A stretch of DNA of 64,000 nucleotides from a virus (IMGVR_UViG_3300049811_000692:32001-96000), one strand, 5' to 3'. Positions 48,820 to 56,999 are shown, counted from the first letter of the stretch. A program made the numbers and translations. Notes: a model not told the origin generated them from the letters alone.

Positions 48820-48965
48820 CAGCGGTCGCCGGTGAAGAGCGATCGCCGCCGCTGGTGACGGCGCCGCTCGAGCTGCGCATGGACGGCGAGGATGGCGGCG
48901 ACGGCCAGGAAGGCGAGGCCGCCGATGGTGCCGGCGACGTGAAGCACGGCCAGGAAGAAAGCCAT
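48819..48965 (-). CDS. cassette gene, 48-aa single-TM peptide
   Basis: MAFFLAVLHVAGTIGGLAFLAVAAILAVHAQLERRRHQRRRSLFTGDR*; below ORF-track cutoff, starts right after leader SD. Confidence 0.6.
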   Translation of the reverse strand: MAFFLAVLHVAGTIGGLAFLAVAAILAVHAQLERRRHQRRRSLFTGDR

Positions 48966-49061
48966 GGTGGGTGTCCTTCGTCCCCAGGCAGGGGGACGCG
49001 ACTGGCCGCCCCAGGGCGGGGCGGCGGGGCCAGGGCGCGCGAGGCGCCGCTGGCGGGCGAG

Positions 49062-49712
49062 CTACAGGGGCTCGATGTTGTCGATGATGGTGGCGTCGCC
49101 AGCGTAGCCGCCGATCCACTCGCCGTCGGGATCGCCCTCTTCGAGCATCTCCTCGGCGAGCTGCCGGGCGTGCATGGCGCTGCGCGCCTCGATCTTCACC
49201 TTCAGGGTCTCCCAGCGCTTGCGCGAGAAGGTCACCGCGTAGGTGCCGACCTCCTCGGCCGCATCGGGCGGAAGCTCGATGGGCGGAAGGGGCGCCAGAT
49301 CGACTTTGCTCTCGGCGAGGAGGAGTGCGATGGCGGCCGGCCCTCGCTCCAGGGTGGCCGCCATGGTGGCCAGACCGATGGTCGGGTTGCCGTCGTGGTC
49401 GGCCGTGTAGGCGACCGGATCAGCGCCGGGACGGTAGATCGTCACGGCCGGCCCGTACTCGTAGCCAGGGCCAGTGTGGACCCTTGCGTGCAGCTGAAAC
49501 CGCACGAGCAGATCCGTCAGCGAGTTCCATGTGCCGTAGTTCACCTCGTCCTGGTCAATCAGGATGTGCTCCTCGTCGGAGGAGCCATCGATGACCTCCT
49601 CGATGTTCGAGAAGGTGACGGGCTCCCTGTCGAGGAGGTCTCGCAGGCCGGTAAGGGCGTCCGCCGAAATGGGGCCGCCGATGGTGACGTTGACGGTGCA
49701 GCGATCACCCAT
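49062..49712 (-). CDS. cassette gene, hypothetical
   Basis: Start MGDRC after leader. Confidence 0.75.
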   Translation of the reverse strand: MGDRCTVNVTIGGPISADALTGLRDLLDREPVTFSNIEEVIDGSSDEEHILIDQDEVNYGTWNSLTDLLVRFQLHARVHTGPGYEYGPAVTIYRPGADPVAYTADHDGNPTIGLATMAATLERGPAAIALLLAESKVDLAPLPPIELPPDAAEEVGTYAVTFSRKRWETLKVKIEARSAMHARQLAEEMLEEGDPDGEWIGGYAGDATIIDNIEPL

Positions 49713-49788
49713 GGGGGTGTCTCCTTCGTCCCCAGGCAGGGGGACGCGACTGGCCGCCCCAGGGCGGGGCGGCGGGAGGCGGATATGC

Positions 49789-49823
49789 AAAAGCCCCCAC
49801 CCGCGGGGGCGGATGGGGGCTTT
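49789..49823 (-). terminator. intrinsic terminator-like hairpin inside array 2
   Basis: AAAGCCCCCATCCGC/GCGGGTGGGGGCTTTT. Confidence 0.6.
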
Positions 49824-49827
49824 CGGG

Positions 49828-49998
49828 TCAGGCGGCCGCGTCGAGCTCGTTCTGGAGCTTGGCGTTGCGCTCGCGCAGGCGGGCGACGGCGCGGGCCGGC
49901 TCACCCCGGGGGTGGACCATGTCGTACACGATCACGCCGCCGATTGCGGTCATGGCGCCGTAGAAGCCGGCGACCAGGAAGTTGGTGGCGATGCCCAT
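49828..49998 (-). CDS. cassette gene, small TM + coiled-coil peptide
   Basis: MGIATNFLVAG... after leader. Confidence 0.6.
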   Translation of the reverse strand: MGIATNFLVAGFYGAMTAIGGVIVYDMVHPRGEPARAVARLRERNAKLQNELDAAA

Positions 49999-50196
49999 GG
50001 TGGGGTTGTCCTTCGGCCCAGTCAGGGGCCTCGACTGACCACCCCACAGCGGGGCGGCTGGTCGGCCCCCCGCTCGACCGCCGCCCGAGGGAGCGGCAGG
50101 AGCAGGGGGCCCTTTCGCGCCTCGACCGGAGGCGCACGACGGGCCGCCTCGGTGGGGCGGCAAGGTGCCCAGCTGCCGGCTGGGCTCGGGGTCGGT

Positions 50197-50394
50197 TCAG
50201 CCGACCAACTTCGGGGCCTGCCCGCGCGGGGGCTGGCGGGCCGCGATCTCGTTCTGGAGCCGCTGGGCGCGGCGCTCGAGGGCGAGCTGCTGGCCGACAC
50301 GGAAGGCGGCGGCGCCGATGCCGACGCCCGCGACGACCGTGAAGCCGATCACGGCCGCCTGAGCGGCCTTTTCCGAGACGAACGCGAGGTTCAT
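50197..50394 (-). CDS. cassette gene, small TM + coiled-coil peptide
   Basis: 65 aa after degenerate leader. Confidence 0.6.
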   Translation of the reverse strand: MNLAFVSEKAAQAAVIGFTVVAGVGIGAAAFRVGQQLALERRAQRLQNEIAARQPPRGQAPKLVG

Positions 50395-50600
50395 GGGGAA
50401 TGTCCTTCGGCCCAGACAGGGGCCTCAGCTGGCCGCCCCAGGGTGGGGTGGCTGGGCCCTCGCCGTCGGAGGGGTCCGGCGGCGAGGGGGAGGGTAGTAG
50501 GGGTAGTGGTTCGATCCCCGGCCGGGGGATCTCGACGGGCCACCCCAGCATGGGGTGGCGCCAGACCGCCCGGGCACGAGGCCCAGGCGATTGGAAAGGG

Positions 50601-50771
50601 TCAGGCGGCCTTCTTGGTCTCCTCGACCGCCTTCGCGGCGCGGCGCTTGGCGAGCGCCTGGCGGGCGGCCGGGATGCCGTGCGTGACGGTGAGGGTCACG
50701 CCGACGCCGGCGGCGACGCCGATGGCGTACGGGAGGGCGGGGCGAACGAAGGCGAGGGCGTTCTGGAACAT
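50601..50771 (-). CDS. small TM peptide, first gene of array 2 operon
   Basis: GGAG SD; MFQNALAFVRPALPYAIGVAAGVGVTL...KKAA*; AT-rich promoter-like TTGCCA-N17-TAATAAT at ~50822-50852. Confidence 0.6.
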   Translation of the reverse strand: MFQNALAFVRPALPYAIGVAAGVGVTLTVTHGIPAARQALAKRRAAKAVEETKKAA

Positions 50772-50861
50772 GATGTTCTCCAGTCCAATCAGAGAGGGGT
50801 AATTCCCTGCTCTGTAGGTGTATTATTACGCCTAAATACGTGTCATGGCAAGTAAAAAGTG

Positions 50862-50899
50862 AAGAAACCCAAGAAAAACGGGTGTTTTTCTTGGGTTCT
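50862..50899. terminator. bidirectional terminator
   Basis: AACCCAAGAAAAAC/GTTTTTCTTGGGTT inverted repeat. Confidence 0.7.
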
Positions 50900-50905
50900 G
50901 GGCCG

Positions 50906-51373
50906 TCAGAAGGGCAACAGTGCCTCTTCAGGTGGCGGGGAGATGTGGCCGCTCACGCGAAGCCGGATGGTGTTCTGAGCTTCGAGCAGGCCGTAAAAGG
51001 CGTGATCGAAGCTGCGGATGAAGTCCGGATTCAGGTGTGTGAGCGCCTGATCGTAGCAGGGGCTCACACGGTTAGTGGCGATGGTCATTGCCTGGGGTGA
51101 GCAGGCGAAGAGCGCCGCCGTAACCGCGTCGCGACGCCGAACGACCATCCCGAAGAACGGGATGAGGTCGAGGTCGAAGTTCTCCAGGGTGGCCGAGGGC
51201 TCCTCGTCGCGGCCGACGTCCAGGTGGTAGAGGCTCTCGTCGAGCCGGCCGAGCATGTTGTGGTGGAGCTCGCGGAGTTCCATGCCGCAGATTGACCGGT
51301 AGTTGGGGGGCGCGAGGCCGCAGAACGGCGGCTCGGGTTCGTCGGGCACGTAGCCCGAATCAAAGGGGGCCAT
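50906..51373 (-). CDS. stand-alone hypothetical with degenerate leader hairpin
   Basis: CTGCCC-TCGCC-GGGCAG-AAGGA before ATG; promoter TTGCTT-N16-TATATT at ~51438-51465. Confidence 0.65.
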   Translation of the reverse strand: MAPFDSGYVPDEPEPPFCGLAPPNYRSICGMELRELHHNMLGRLDESLYHLDVGRDEEPSATLENFDLDLIPFFGMVVRRRDAVTAALFACSPQAMTIATNRVSPCYDQALTHLNPDFIRSFDHAFYGLLEAQNTIRLRVSGHISPPPEEALLPF

Positions 51374-51464
51374 GATGGCGTCCTTCTGCCCGGCGAGGGC
51401 AGCGGGATGCGGCCCCTGAGACGCAGGGCGATGAGCCAATATACCACAACGGACTGAAAAAGCA

Positions 51465-51501
51465 AGAAAACCCGCCGCAACCGAAGTCGCGGCGGGGTCT
51501 T
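51465..51501 (-). terminator. terminator ending array 3
   Basis: CCCGCCGC/GCGGCGGG stem + TTTTCTT on minus strand. Confidence 0.7.
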
Positions 51502-51503
51502 GG

Positions 51504-52040
51504 TCACAGCTCGCGCAGGAGCGCGACGAGCCGGTGAAGGGCGTCGATCGCGTGGTTGTGCTCGGCCCAATCCTCGCTGCGGCTCTCGCTCGCGGCCTGC
51601 TCCACCAAGGCGCGCTGCTGTTGGGCGACCATCTCCAAGATCAGGGTGACGCCTGCGCGGTGGATGGAGTGGGATCCCATGATGAGCAGGAGCTGGATGG
51701 CGATGTCCTGGTTGCGCTCGCCGAGGGCGCCAGTGTCGGCGTCCTGGTCCACCAGGCGAGGGACGAGATCGCGCAAGGCCTGCAGCACGGAGGCGGGATA
51801 GGTGGACCGGAGCAGCTGCTCCAGTGCAAGCGTGCAGAAGAGCGTGTCGCCGGCGGCGAACAGGCGGTGGTGGCGACCGTCCCAGGCCCAGCGAACCGGG
51901 ATCTGCCGGTTGTCCTGCAGGGTGAGGGTGGCAGGAAACGGATCGTTGCCGGCGCGGATGTGCTGGTCGGCGTCCACCTTGTCGGCGGGGATGCGGCACG
52001 GAATGTGCCCGTACAGCCATCCGTTGATCGTCGAGGTCAT
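51504..52040 (-). CDS. cassette gene, hypothetical
   Basis: Start MTSTING after leader. Confidence 0.7.
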   Translation of the reverse strand: MTSTINGWLYGHIPCRIPADKVDADQHIRAGNDPFPATLTLQDNRQIPVRWAWDGRHHRLFAAGDTLFCTLALEQLLRSTYPASVLQALRDLVPRLVDQDADTGALGERNQDIAIQLLLIMGSHSIHRAGVTLILEMVAQQQRALVEQAASESRSEDWAEHNHAIDALHRLVALLREL

Positions 52041-52131
52041 GGCGGTGATCTCCTTCGTCCCCAAGCAGGGGGACGCGACTGGCCGCCCCAGGGCGGGGCG
52101 GCGGGTCCCTGGCCTTGCGGCCAGGGGGTGC

Positions 52132-52302
52132 TCAGCGCCGTCGCCGGCGCGGGCGCTTGTACCAGGAGCGATCCCGGACGACCCGCACGAGCGGCGGGGC
52201 GGCCAGGTTCTCCCAGCGCAGCATCCGCGCCGCCGCGGCGGCGTCGCGCCTCGTGCGGTAGCAGGTCGGCGCCAGAAGGCCATCGACGCGCAGGGTGTAC
52301 AT
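52132..52302 (-). CDS. small basic peptide, translationally coupled
   Basis: TGATG overlap. Confidence 0.5.
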   Translation of the reverse strand: MYTLRVDGLLAPTCYRTRRDAAAAARMLRWENLAAPPLVRVVRDRSWYKRPRRRRR

Positions 52303-52607
52303 CACGCACCCCCCTGGTGGCGCGCCTTGAGGAGCTCGTAGCTCCAAGACGTGATGCCGATGGGGGTGAGGCCGATGTCGAGCAAGGTCTCGTTCATCGC
52401 GAGAACCTCGCCCTCAATCTCGGCCGTGCGGATGATGTGCCCGCCCGTGATGCAGGGCGTCGCGCAGGTGCGGATGCGCTCGAAGAGCTCCTGGGCCTGG
52501 TGGCCGAGGACCATCGCGGGGTCGCACAGCACGAGGCTGCCCCAGGGGGTGCGGCGCCCCAGCATGGGCGTGCGGGTGGGCTCTGAGAAGTCGAGGTGCA
52601 GGGCCAT
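52302..52607 (-). CDS. cassette gene, hypothetical
   Basis: Leader SD. Confidence 0.7.
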   Translation of the reverse strand: MALHLDFSEPTRTPMLGRRTPWGSLVLCDPAMVLGHQAQELFERIRTCATPCITGGHIIRTAEIEGEVLAMNETLLDIGLTPIGITSWSYELLKARHQGGA

Positions 52608-52700
52608 AGTGGTGTCCTTCGTCCCCGAGCAGGGGGACGCGACTGGCCGCCCCAGGACGGGGCGGCGGGTGCCCGGGCGCCAAAGCGCCGCGGGCGGGGG

Positions 52701-53339
52701 TCAGGAGGCGGGGGCCGCCAGTTGGGCGACCGGCAGCTCTGCCGGCTCCTGGTAGAGCTTCCCGTCGTCGGGGTTCACGTACCAGTTGGCCGGCCCGAAG
52801 AGCCGGGCGCCCTTGGCGAGCATGTCCCCGATCTCCTGGGGCCAGTCCCCGTCCCAGAAGCCGCAGCCGTGGCCTTCGCGGGTGTACCAGAAGTCACGGC
52901 CGGCGTGCTCCCAGACCGTGTCGGTGGGGGACCCGGGCTTGTGGGTGTGCTCGGCGCTGGCGATGCGCGCGGCGTAGTGGGTCAGGAAAACCTCGCAGTC
53001 GGCCGTGATGGCCTTGTGCAAGGTCGAGCTGATCATCTCCCAGGTCCAAGTCTCGTCTTCGGGGCAGGCCGAGAAGAGCGCCGCGGCCACGTAGTCGCCT
53101 CGGAACTCCTGAAGCTTCGGGTGCGGGTTGAGCGTGGACGGCGCGCCGTGCGGCTTGAGGTCGCCCATGCGGAAGTCGGGGTCGCGGCGGACCTCGTACT
53201 GGCCGGCGGTCCACAGGCGGCGCCACTTGTCGGCCCAGGCCATGGCTTCCTCCTTCGTCAGGTAGGGGCCGCTGGCCAGCATGCCGGCGGTGTTGTTCCA
53301 GACGCACCAGGCCGGCTCGAGGTCGGGGGTGTTGGTCAT
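52701..53339 (-). CDS. cassette gene, hypothetical
   Basis: AG.DFWYTR.GHG.GFWD.DW motif. Confidence 0.75.
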   Translation of the reverse strand: MTNTPDLEPAWCVWNNTAGMLASGPYLTKEEAMAWADKWRRLWTAGQYEVRRDPDFRMGDLKPHGAPSTLNPHPKLQEFRGDYVAAALFSACPEDETWTWEMISSTLHKAITADCEVFLTHYAARIASAEHTHKPGSPTDTVWEHAGRDFWYTREGHGCGFWDGDWPQEIGDMLAKGARLFGPANWYVNPDDGKLYQEPAELPVAQLAAPAS

Positions 53340-53430
53340 GGTGGTGTCCTTCGCTCCGATCAGGGAGCGCGACTGGCCGCCTCACGTCGAGGCGGCGGGG
53401 CCCGGGCGCCAAAGCGCCGCGGGCGGGCCT

Positions 53431-54090
53431 TCACCCGCGGATGGCGGGCTCGGGGTAGTGGAGGGGGCGCGCGCCGGTGATGCGGACCAGGAGGCGGCTT
53501 TCGCCGCTCTCTGAGCCGGAAAACGAAAGGGCGTTGGCGACGGCCGCTTCGCGCGAGAAGTACGGGCCGCGGGGGCTCACGCGGTCGAAGCCGCCGCTGT
53601 CCTCCGTGGCGTCCCAGTACCAGCCCGTCGGCGTGGCATCGGCATCCCACCAGACGGTGACGTCCAGGGTGGGGCGCTCGACGCGCACCTCCTCGGGATT
53701 GAGGAGGCCGAGGCGGTTGGCCACGAACTCGGGAGGCGCGCCGAGCGCCTGGGCGCAGATCATGAGCCGCGCCGTCTGGGCGATCTCCTCGTGGTAGTCG
53801 CTGTAGAAGACGACCACGGGGTCGTTCGGGGCGTAGTTTCCGCCCAGCAGGCGGTGCGCCACGTAGCGCGCCCCGTCATCGGTCAGGCGGTTCTGCAGGA
53901 AGACCTGGCAGCCTTCGCAGTGCGAGGGGTAATCGCACTCGTCGTCCGTCGTCGGGCCCTTCGGCCAGTCGTCGGAGTCGTAGCTGCTCTCGTCGCCTTC
54001 ATCGACGTGCTTGGGCATGGGCAGGTGGCGCTTGATGTGGTCGGTGCAGTCCTCGCACCAGAGCGTGGCGCGGTAGGTGTACACGTCCAT
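53431..54090 (-). CDS. cassette gene, Cys-cluster hypothetical
   Basis: WCEDC...YDSDDWPK...HCEGC...LT.DG..YV. Confidence 0.75.
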   Translation of the reverse strand: MDVYTYRATLWCEDCTDHIKRHLPMPKHVDEGDESSYDSDDWPKGPTTDDECDYPSHCEGCQVFLQNRLTDDGARYVAHRLLGGNYAPNDPVVVFYSDYHEEIAQTARLMICAQALGAPPEFVANRLGLLNPEEVRVERPTLDVTVWWDADATPTGWYWDATEDSGGFDRVSPRGPYFSREAAVANALSFSGSESGESRLLVRITGARPLHYPEPAIRG

Positions 54091-54184
54091 CGTGGATGTC
54101 CTTCGTCCCCGAGCAGGGGGACGCGACTGGCCGCCTCACGTCGAGGCGGCGGGTGCCCGGGCGCCGAAGCGCCGCGGGCGGGGG

Positions 54185-55129
54185 TTACTCCTCGCGGACG
54201 GAGGTGATCTCGGGCTCGCTCTCGGTGCCGGAAATCAGATCCCAGTCGAGATCGCCGAGCTCGTCGTTGTCGTCCATCTCGCAGACGATGTTCTCGGCCT
54301 CCTCGCGGGAGGAGGCCGTGACCATCATGGTGGTCTCCTCGGCGACGGTGCGCCGCAGGCGAACGCGGTACTCGCGCTGCACGCGGTCGGTTTCGTCGCG
54401 GTAGGCGATGGTCATATCGCACCATTTGATCGCGCCGGCATCGCCGGCGACGGGCGGGATCTCGTAGATCTTGAGCGGCCAGTTGCGCGGGCCGACGCTC
54501 CAGTACTTGCGCCAGGCGCGGATCACGCCCGGCATGTCGCCCTTCTCCGCCCGGACGAGCAGATCGTATTCAGAGCCGTCGTCGATTTCGGAGCCGGCGT
54601 AGATCGCGGAGTCGTCCGACACGCCGCGGACCAGGTAGAGGGTCGTGAGCGGCTCGGGCGTCTCCGCAGGCGGCGCCACGGCGGGCGCAGCCTCCGCGGG
54701 AGGCGGGTTGGCAGGGAAGCGCCGCACCGCCTCCTCCACGAAGCCGAGGGCCTGGGAATGGCCGGTGCGGCCCCAGTGGGCCCGCGCCTGCTCCACGGTG
54801 AAGTTCCGGCAGCCGGCGCAGATATGCAGGCCGTCCCGCATGGGGATGGCCCAGAAGACGTAGCCGCGATCGTCCATGCCGAGCCGGTGATGCTGGAGGT
54901 GCGGCTGGTGCGTGTTGATGCAGACGCGCTCCGTCACCATCAGGCCCGGCGGGATCTCGCGGATCGTCGTGGCGACATAGAGGGCGCCCTGGACCGTGAG
55001 GTCGGCGGGCAAGATCTCGATGCCGGTGTCGAGCGTATCGAGGGTGGTTGTGATCAAGGCGCCGACCGGCAGACCCGAGGTCCGCAGAAGTTCTCGCGCG
55101 GTAGATCCGGCGTAGCAGTTCTTGGTCAT
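54185..55129 (-). CDS. cassette gene, multi-domain mosaic hypothetical
   Basis: LP..LTV.G.L repeats, AGCR.FT..QA..HW, acidic C-terminal domain. Confidence 0.75.
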   Translation of the reverse strand: MTKNCYAGSTARELLRTSGLPVGALITTTLDTLDTGIEILPADLTVQGALYVATTIREIPPGLMVTERVCINTHQPHLQHHRLGMDDRGYVFWAIPMRDGLHICAGCRNFTVEQARAHWGRTGHSQALGFVEEAVRRFPANPPPAEAAPAVAPPAETPEPLTTLYLVRGVSDDSAIYAGSEIDDGSEYDLLVRAEKGDMPGVIRAWRKYWSVGPRNWPLKIYEIPPVAGDAGAIKWCDMTIAYRDETDRVQREYRVRLRRTVAEETTMMVTASSREEAENIVCEMDDNDELGDLDWDLISGTESEPEITSVREE

Positions 55130-55221
55130 GGTGGTGTCCTTCGTCCCCGAGCAGGGGGACGCGACTGGCCGCCCCAAGACGGAGCGGCGGGGCCAGGGCG
55201 CCGGGGCGCCGCTGGCGGGGG

Positions 55222-55473
55222 TCACGCGGGCTCAATAGCTTCGATGTGGTGTGCCCCCAACACGATCCCGTAGTAGCGGGCGTCGTGCAGAAGGAGGCCC
55301 TGTGCCTTTGGGTCGATCCAACCAAGCTCGACCACATGGAAGCATCCGGCTGTTGATCCGGTCCTGATGGGCCGGCAGCGCGTGTGGCGGGGGATCACAA
55401 CGTCGTATTGTAGATCGGAGCTGGATCGCCCCCATGTGAAGCGAAGCTCCTCGCGGGTCCGATAGGTGGTCAT
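55222..55473 (-). CDS. small hypothetical, translationally coupled (lower GC)
   Basis: TGATG overlap; HDA.YYGI motif. Confidence 0.6.
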   Translation of the reverse strand: MTTYRTREELRFTWGRSSSDLQYDVVIPRHTRCRPIRTGSTAGCFHVVELGWIDPKAQGLLLHDARYYGIVLGAHHIEAIEPA

Positions 55474-55799
55474 CACCGAAACCCGTGCGCGGAGCCGAGC
55501 TGGCCGTCGAGCATTCGGACGGCGCCGAGGTCGGCCATGCGCCAGTTAGCGTCGGGCACCTCGTGATGGAGGCGGCGCGTCGCGTCTGCGGCTCGCCGGT
55601 TGTAGGCCTGGTAGGCGCGGTCGGCGACAGGGCCAAACCTCATCGGGTCGTAGCGCACGGCGTTTGGGCCGATGTGGCGCACCGACTCCAGGGCGGCCGC
55701 GAGGAGGCGCAGGTTGATGGTGCAAGAGTACGACCAGCGCTTGTACGCGGCGTCGATCTCCAGGTCGGTCTCCATCGGCTGGAGGCCTTCGATGGCCAT
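55473..55799 (-). CDS. cassette gene, hypothetical
   Basis: Start MAIEGL after leader. Confidence 0.7.
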   Translation of the reverse strand: MAIEGLQPMETDLEIDAAYKRWSYSCTINLRLLAAALESVRHIGPNAVRYDPMRFGPVADRAYQAYNRRAADATRRLHHEVPDANWRMADLGAVRMLDGQLGSAHGFR

Positions 55800-55893
55800 G
55801 GTGGGTGTCCTTCGTCCCCAGGCAGGGGGACGCGACTGGCCGCCTCGAGGTGAGGCGGCGGGTGCCCGGGCGCCAAAGCGCCGCGGGCGGGGG

Positions 55894-56310
55894 TCACGCG
55901 GCGGCGGGCCGCGGGTAGAGCAGCTCGAGCGGGTACTCGCGCAGCAGCACCTCATGGAACGTCTCGCCGATGTAGTCGGCGTTCTCGCTCTCCTCGCTCG
56001 TGTCCGGGCGCATCAGCTCGAGCGTCAGCGTGCGGACGAAGCACGGTCGGGCGATCACGTAGAAGCGCTCGGTCGGTTCGTAGAGGCCGCTTTCGCCCAT
56101 GCGTCGGTACGAGGTGCTGAACGTCAGTTTCGTCGCGCTTGAGCTGTCGAGGTCGAACTCGGTGCCGGCGTCGAAGCCGCTGCCTGAGGGCAGGTACTCC
56201 CGCGCTATGTAGGCGGCGCGCTCCGCGTGCATGGAGGCCATGACGTTGAGGGAGCGGTGGTAGGCGTCGGCTGTGCCGGCGAGCGCGCGGTAAAGCGGCG
56301 TGGTTCGCAT
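55894..56310 (-). CDS. cassette gene, hypothetical (first of array 3)
   Basis: LPSGSGFD.G...KL.F...M.E.G.Y motif. Confidence 0.75.
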   Translation of the reverse strand: MRTTPLYRALAGTADAYHRSLNVMASMHAERAAYIAREYLPSGSGFDAGTEFDLDSSSATKLTFSTSYRRMGESGLYEPTERFYVIARPCFVRTLTLELMRPDTSEESENADYIGETFHEVLLREYPLELLYPRPAAA

Positions 56311-56387
56311 GGTGTTGTCCTTCGTCCCCGAGCAGGGGGACGCGACTGGCCGCCCCACGACGGGGCGGCGGGACGCTCGCAGAGACG

Positions 56388-56416
56388 ACTGTAGCACAAA
56401 ACCATGTGATATTCAA
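56388..56416 (-). promoter_or_regulatory. promoter of array 3 with operator in spacer
   Basis: TTGAAT-N17-TACAGT; CACA-N6-TGTG at 56395-56408; second operator at 56446-56459 before ssb. Confidence 0.65.
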
Positions 56417-56488
56417 TGAAACTGGCGATTAGCGCGCTTGCGCGACACATTCAGATGTGATTGATGGAGGAGGACAACAGGGGGTCCC

Positions 56489-56983
56489 ATGCCGTCGCTC
56501 AACAGGGTCGAGATCATCGGAAGGCTGGGCAGGGACCCGGAGCAGCGCAACTTCCAGGGCGGCGGCTCCGTGGTGAACATGCGCGTCGCCACCGAGGAGA
56601 CGTGGGCGGACAAGAGCGGCGAGACGCAGAAGCGCGTCGAGTGGATCTCCGTCGCCTCCTTCGTGGACAAGCTCAACGACTTCATCATGCGCGCCGCGCA
56701 GAAGGGCTCCCTCGTCCGCATCGAGGGCAAGCTCGAGACCCGCAAGTGGCAGAATCGCTCAGGCGAGGACCGTTACACGACCGAGGTCGCCATCCGCCCC
56801 TACGGCGGCTCCTTCATGATGCTCGACGGGTGGCGCGAGGACGCAAGCCGCGGCGCCAAGGGCGGCTCCCGCAGCGGCAACCAGGGCTGGGATCGCGACG
56901 ACGGCGACTCTGGCAGCCGCGGCAGGACCTACACCCACCCCGGCGCCAAGGGGCCCGACCTCGACGACGACATTCCGTTTTAA
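56489..56983 (+). CDS. ssb: single-stranded DNA-binding protein
   Basis: SLNRV.IIGRLGRDPE, VATEE.W.DK, EGKLETRKW, DDDIPF. Confidence 0.95.
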   Translation: MPSLNRVEIIGRLGRDPEQRNFQGGGSVVNMRVATEETWADKSGETQKRVEWISVASFVDKLNDFIMRAAQKGSLVRIEGKLETRKWQNRSGEDRYTTEVAIRPYGGSFMMLDGWREDASRGAKGGSRSGNQGWDRDDGDSGSRGRTYTHPGAKGPDLDDDIPF

Positions 56984-56999
56984 GACAGGGACTTAATCC

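Larger units (their letters stand above)
44285..50452 (-). repeat. cassette array 2: 13 copies of the structured gene-leader element
   Basis: Copies at ~44285, 44815, 45552, 45923, 46411, 47003, 47800, 48112, 48480, 48974, 49722, 50009, 50403. Confidence 0.95.
52051..56369 (-). repeat. cassette array 3: 7 copies of the structured gene-leader element
   Basis: Copies at ~52051, 52615, 53347, 54099, 55137, 55808, 56318. Confidence 0.95.

Noticed and set aside
50505-50535. T-loop-like GGTTCGATCCC
   Set aside because: No pairing T-stem or cloverleaf; better explained as part of a simple GATCCCC/GGGGATC hairpin.
31776-56369. Repeats as a CRISPR array
   Set aside because: The 'spacers' are whole genes of 150-1200 bp, the repeats vary with covariation, and there are no cas genes.
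31776-56369. Leader as hairpin or HDV-like ribozyme (AGUC; CGAA)
   Set aside because: No loop B consensus and no nested double pseudoknot could be built by eye. A novel self-cleaving fold is not excluded.
31776-56369. Leader as integron attC site
   Set aside because: No RYYYAAC/GTTRRRY ends. The integrase lacks evident IntI features and sits at a tRNA attP. The element is tied to start codons and SD.
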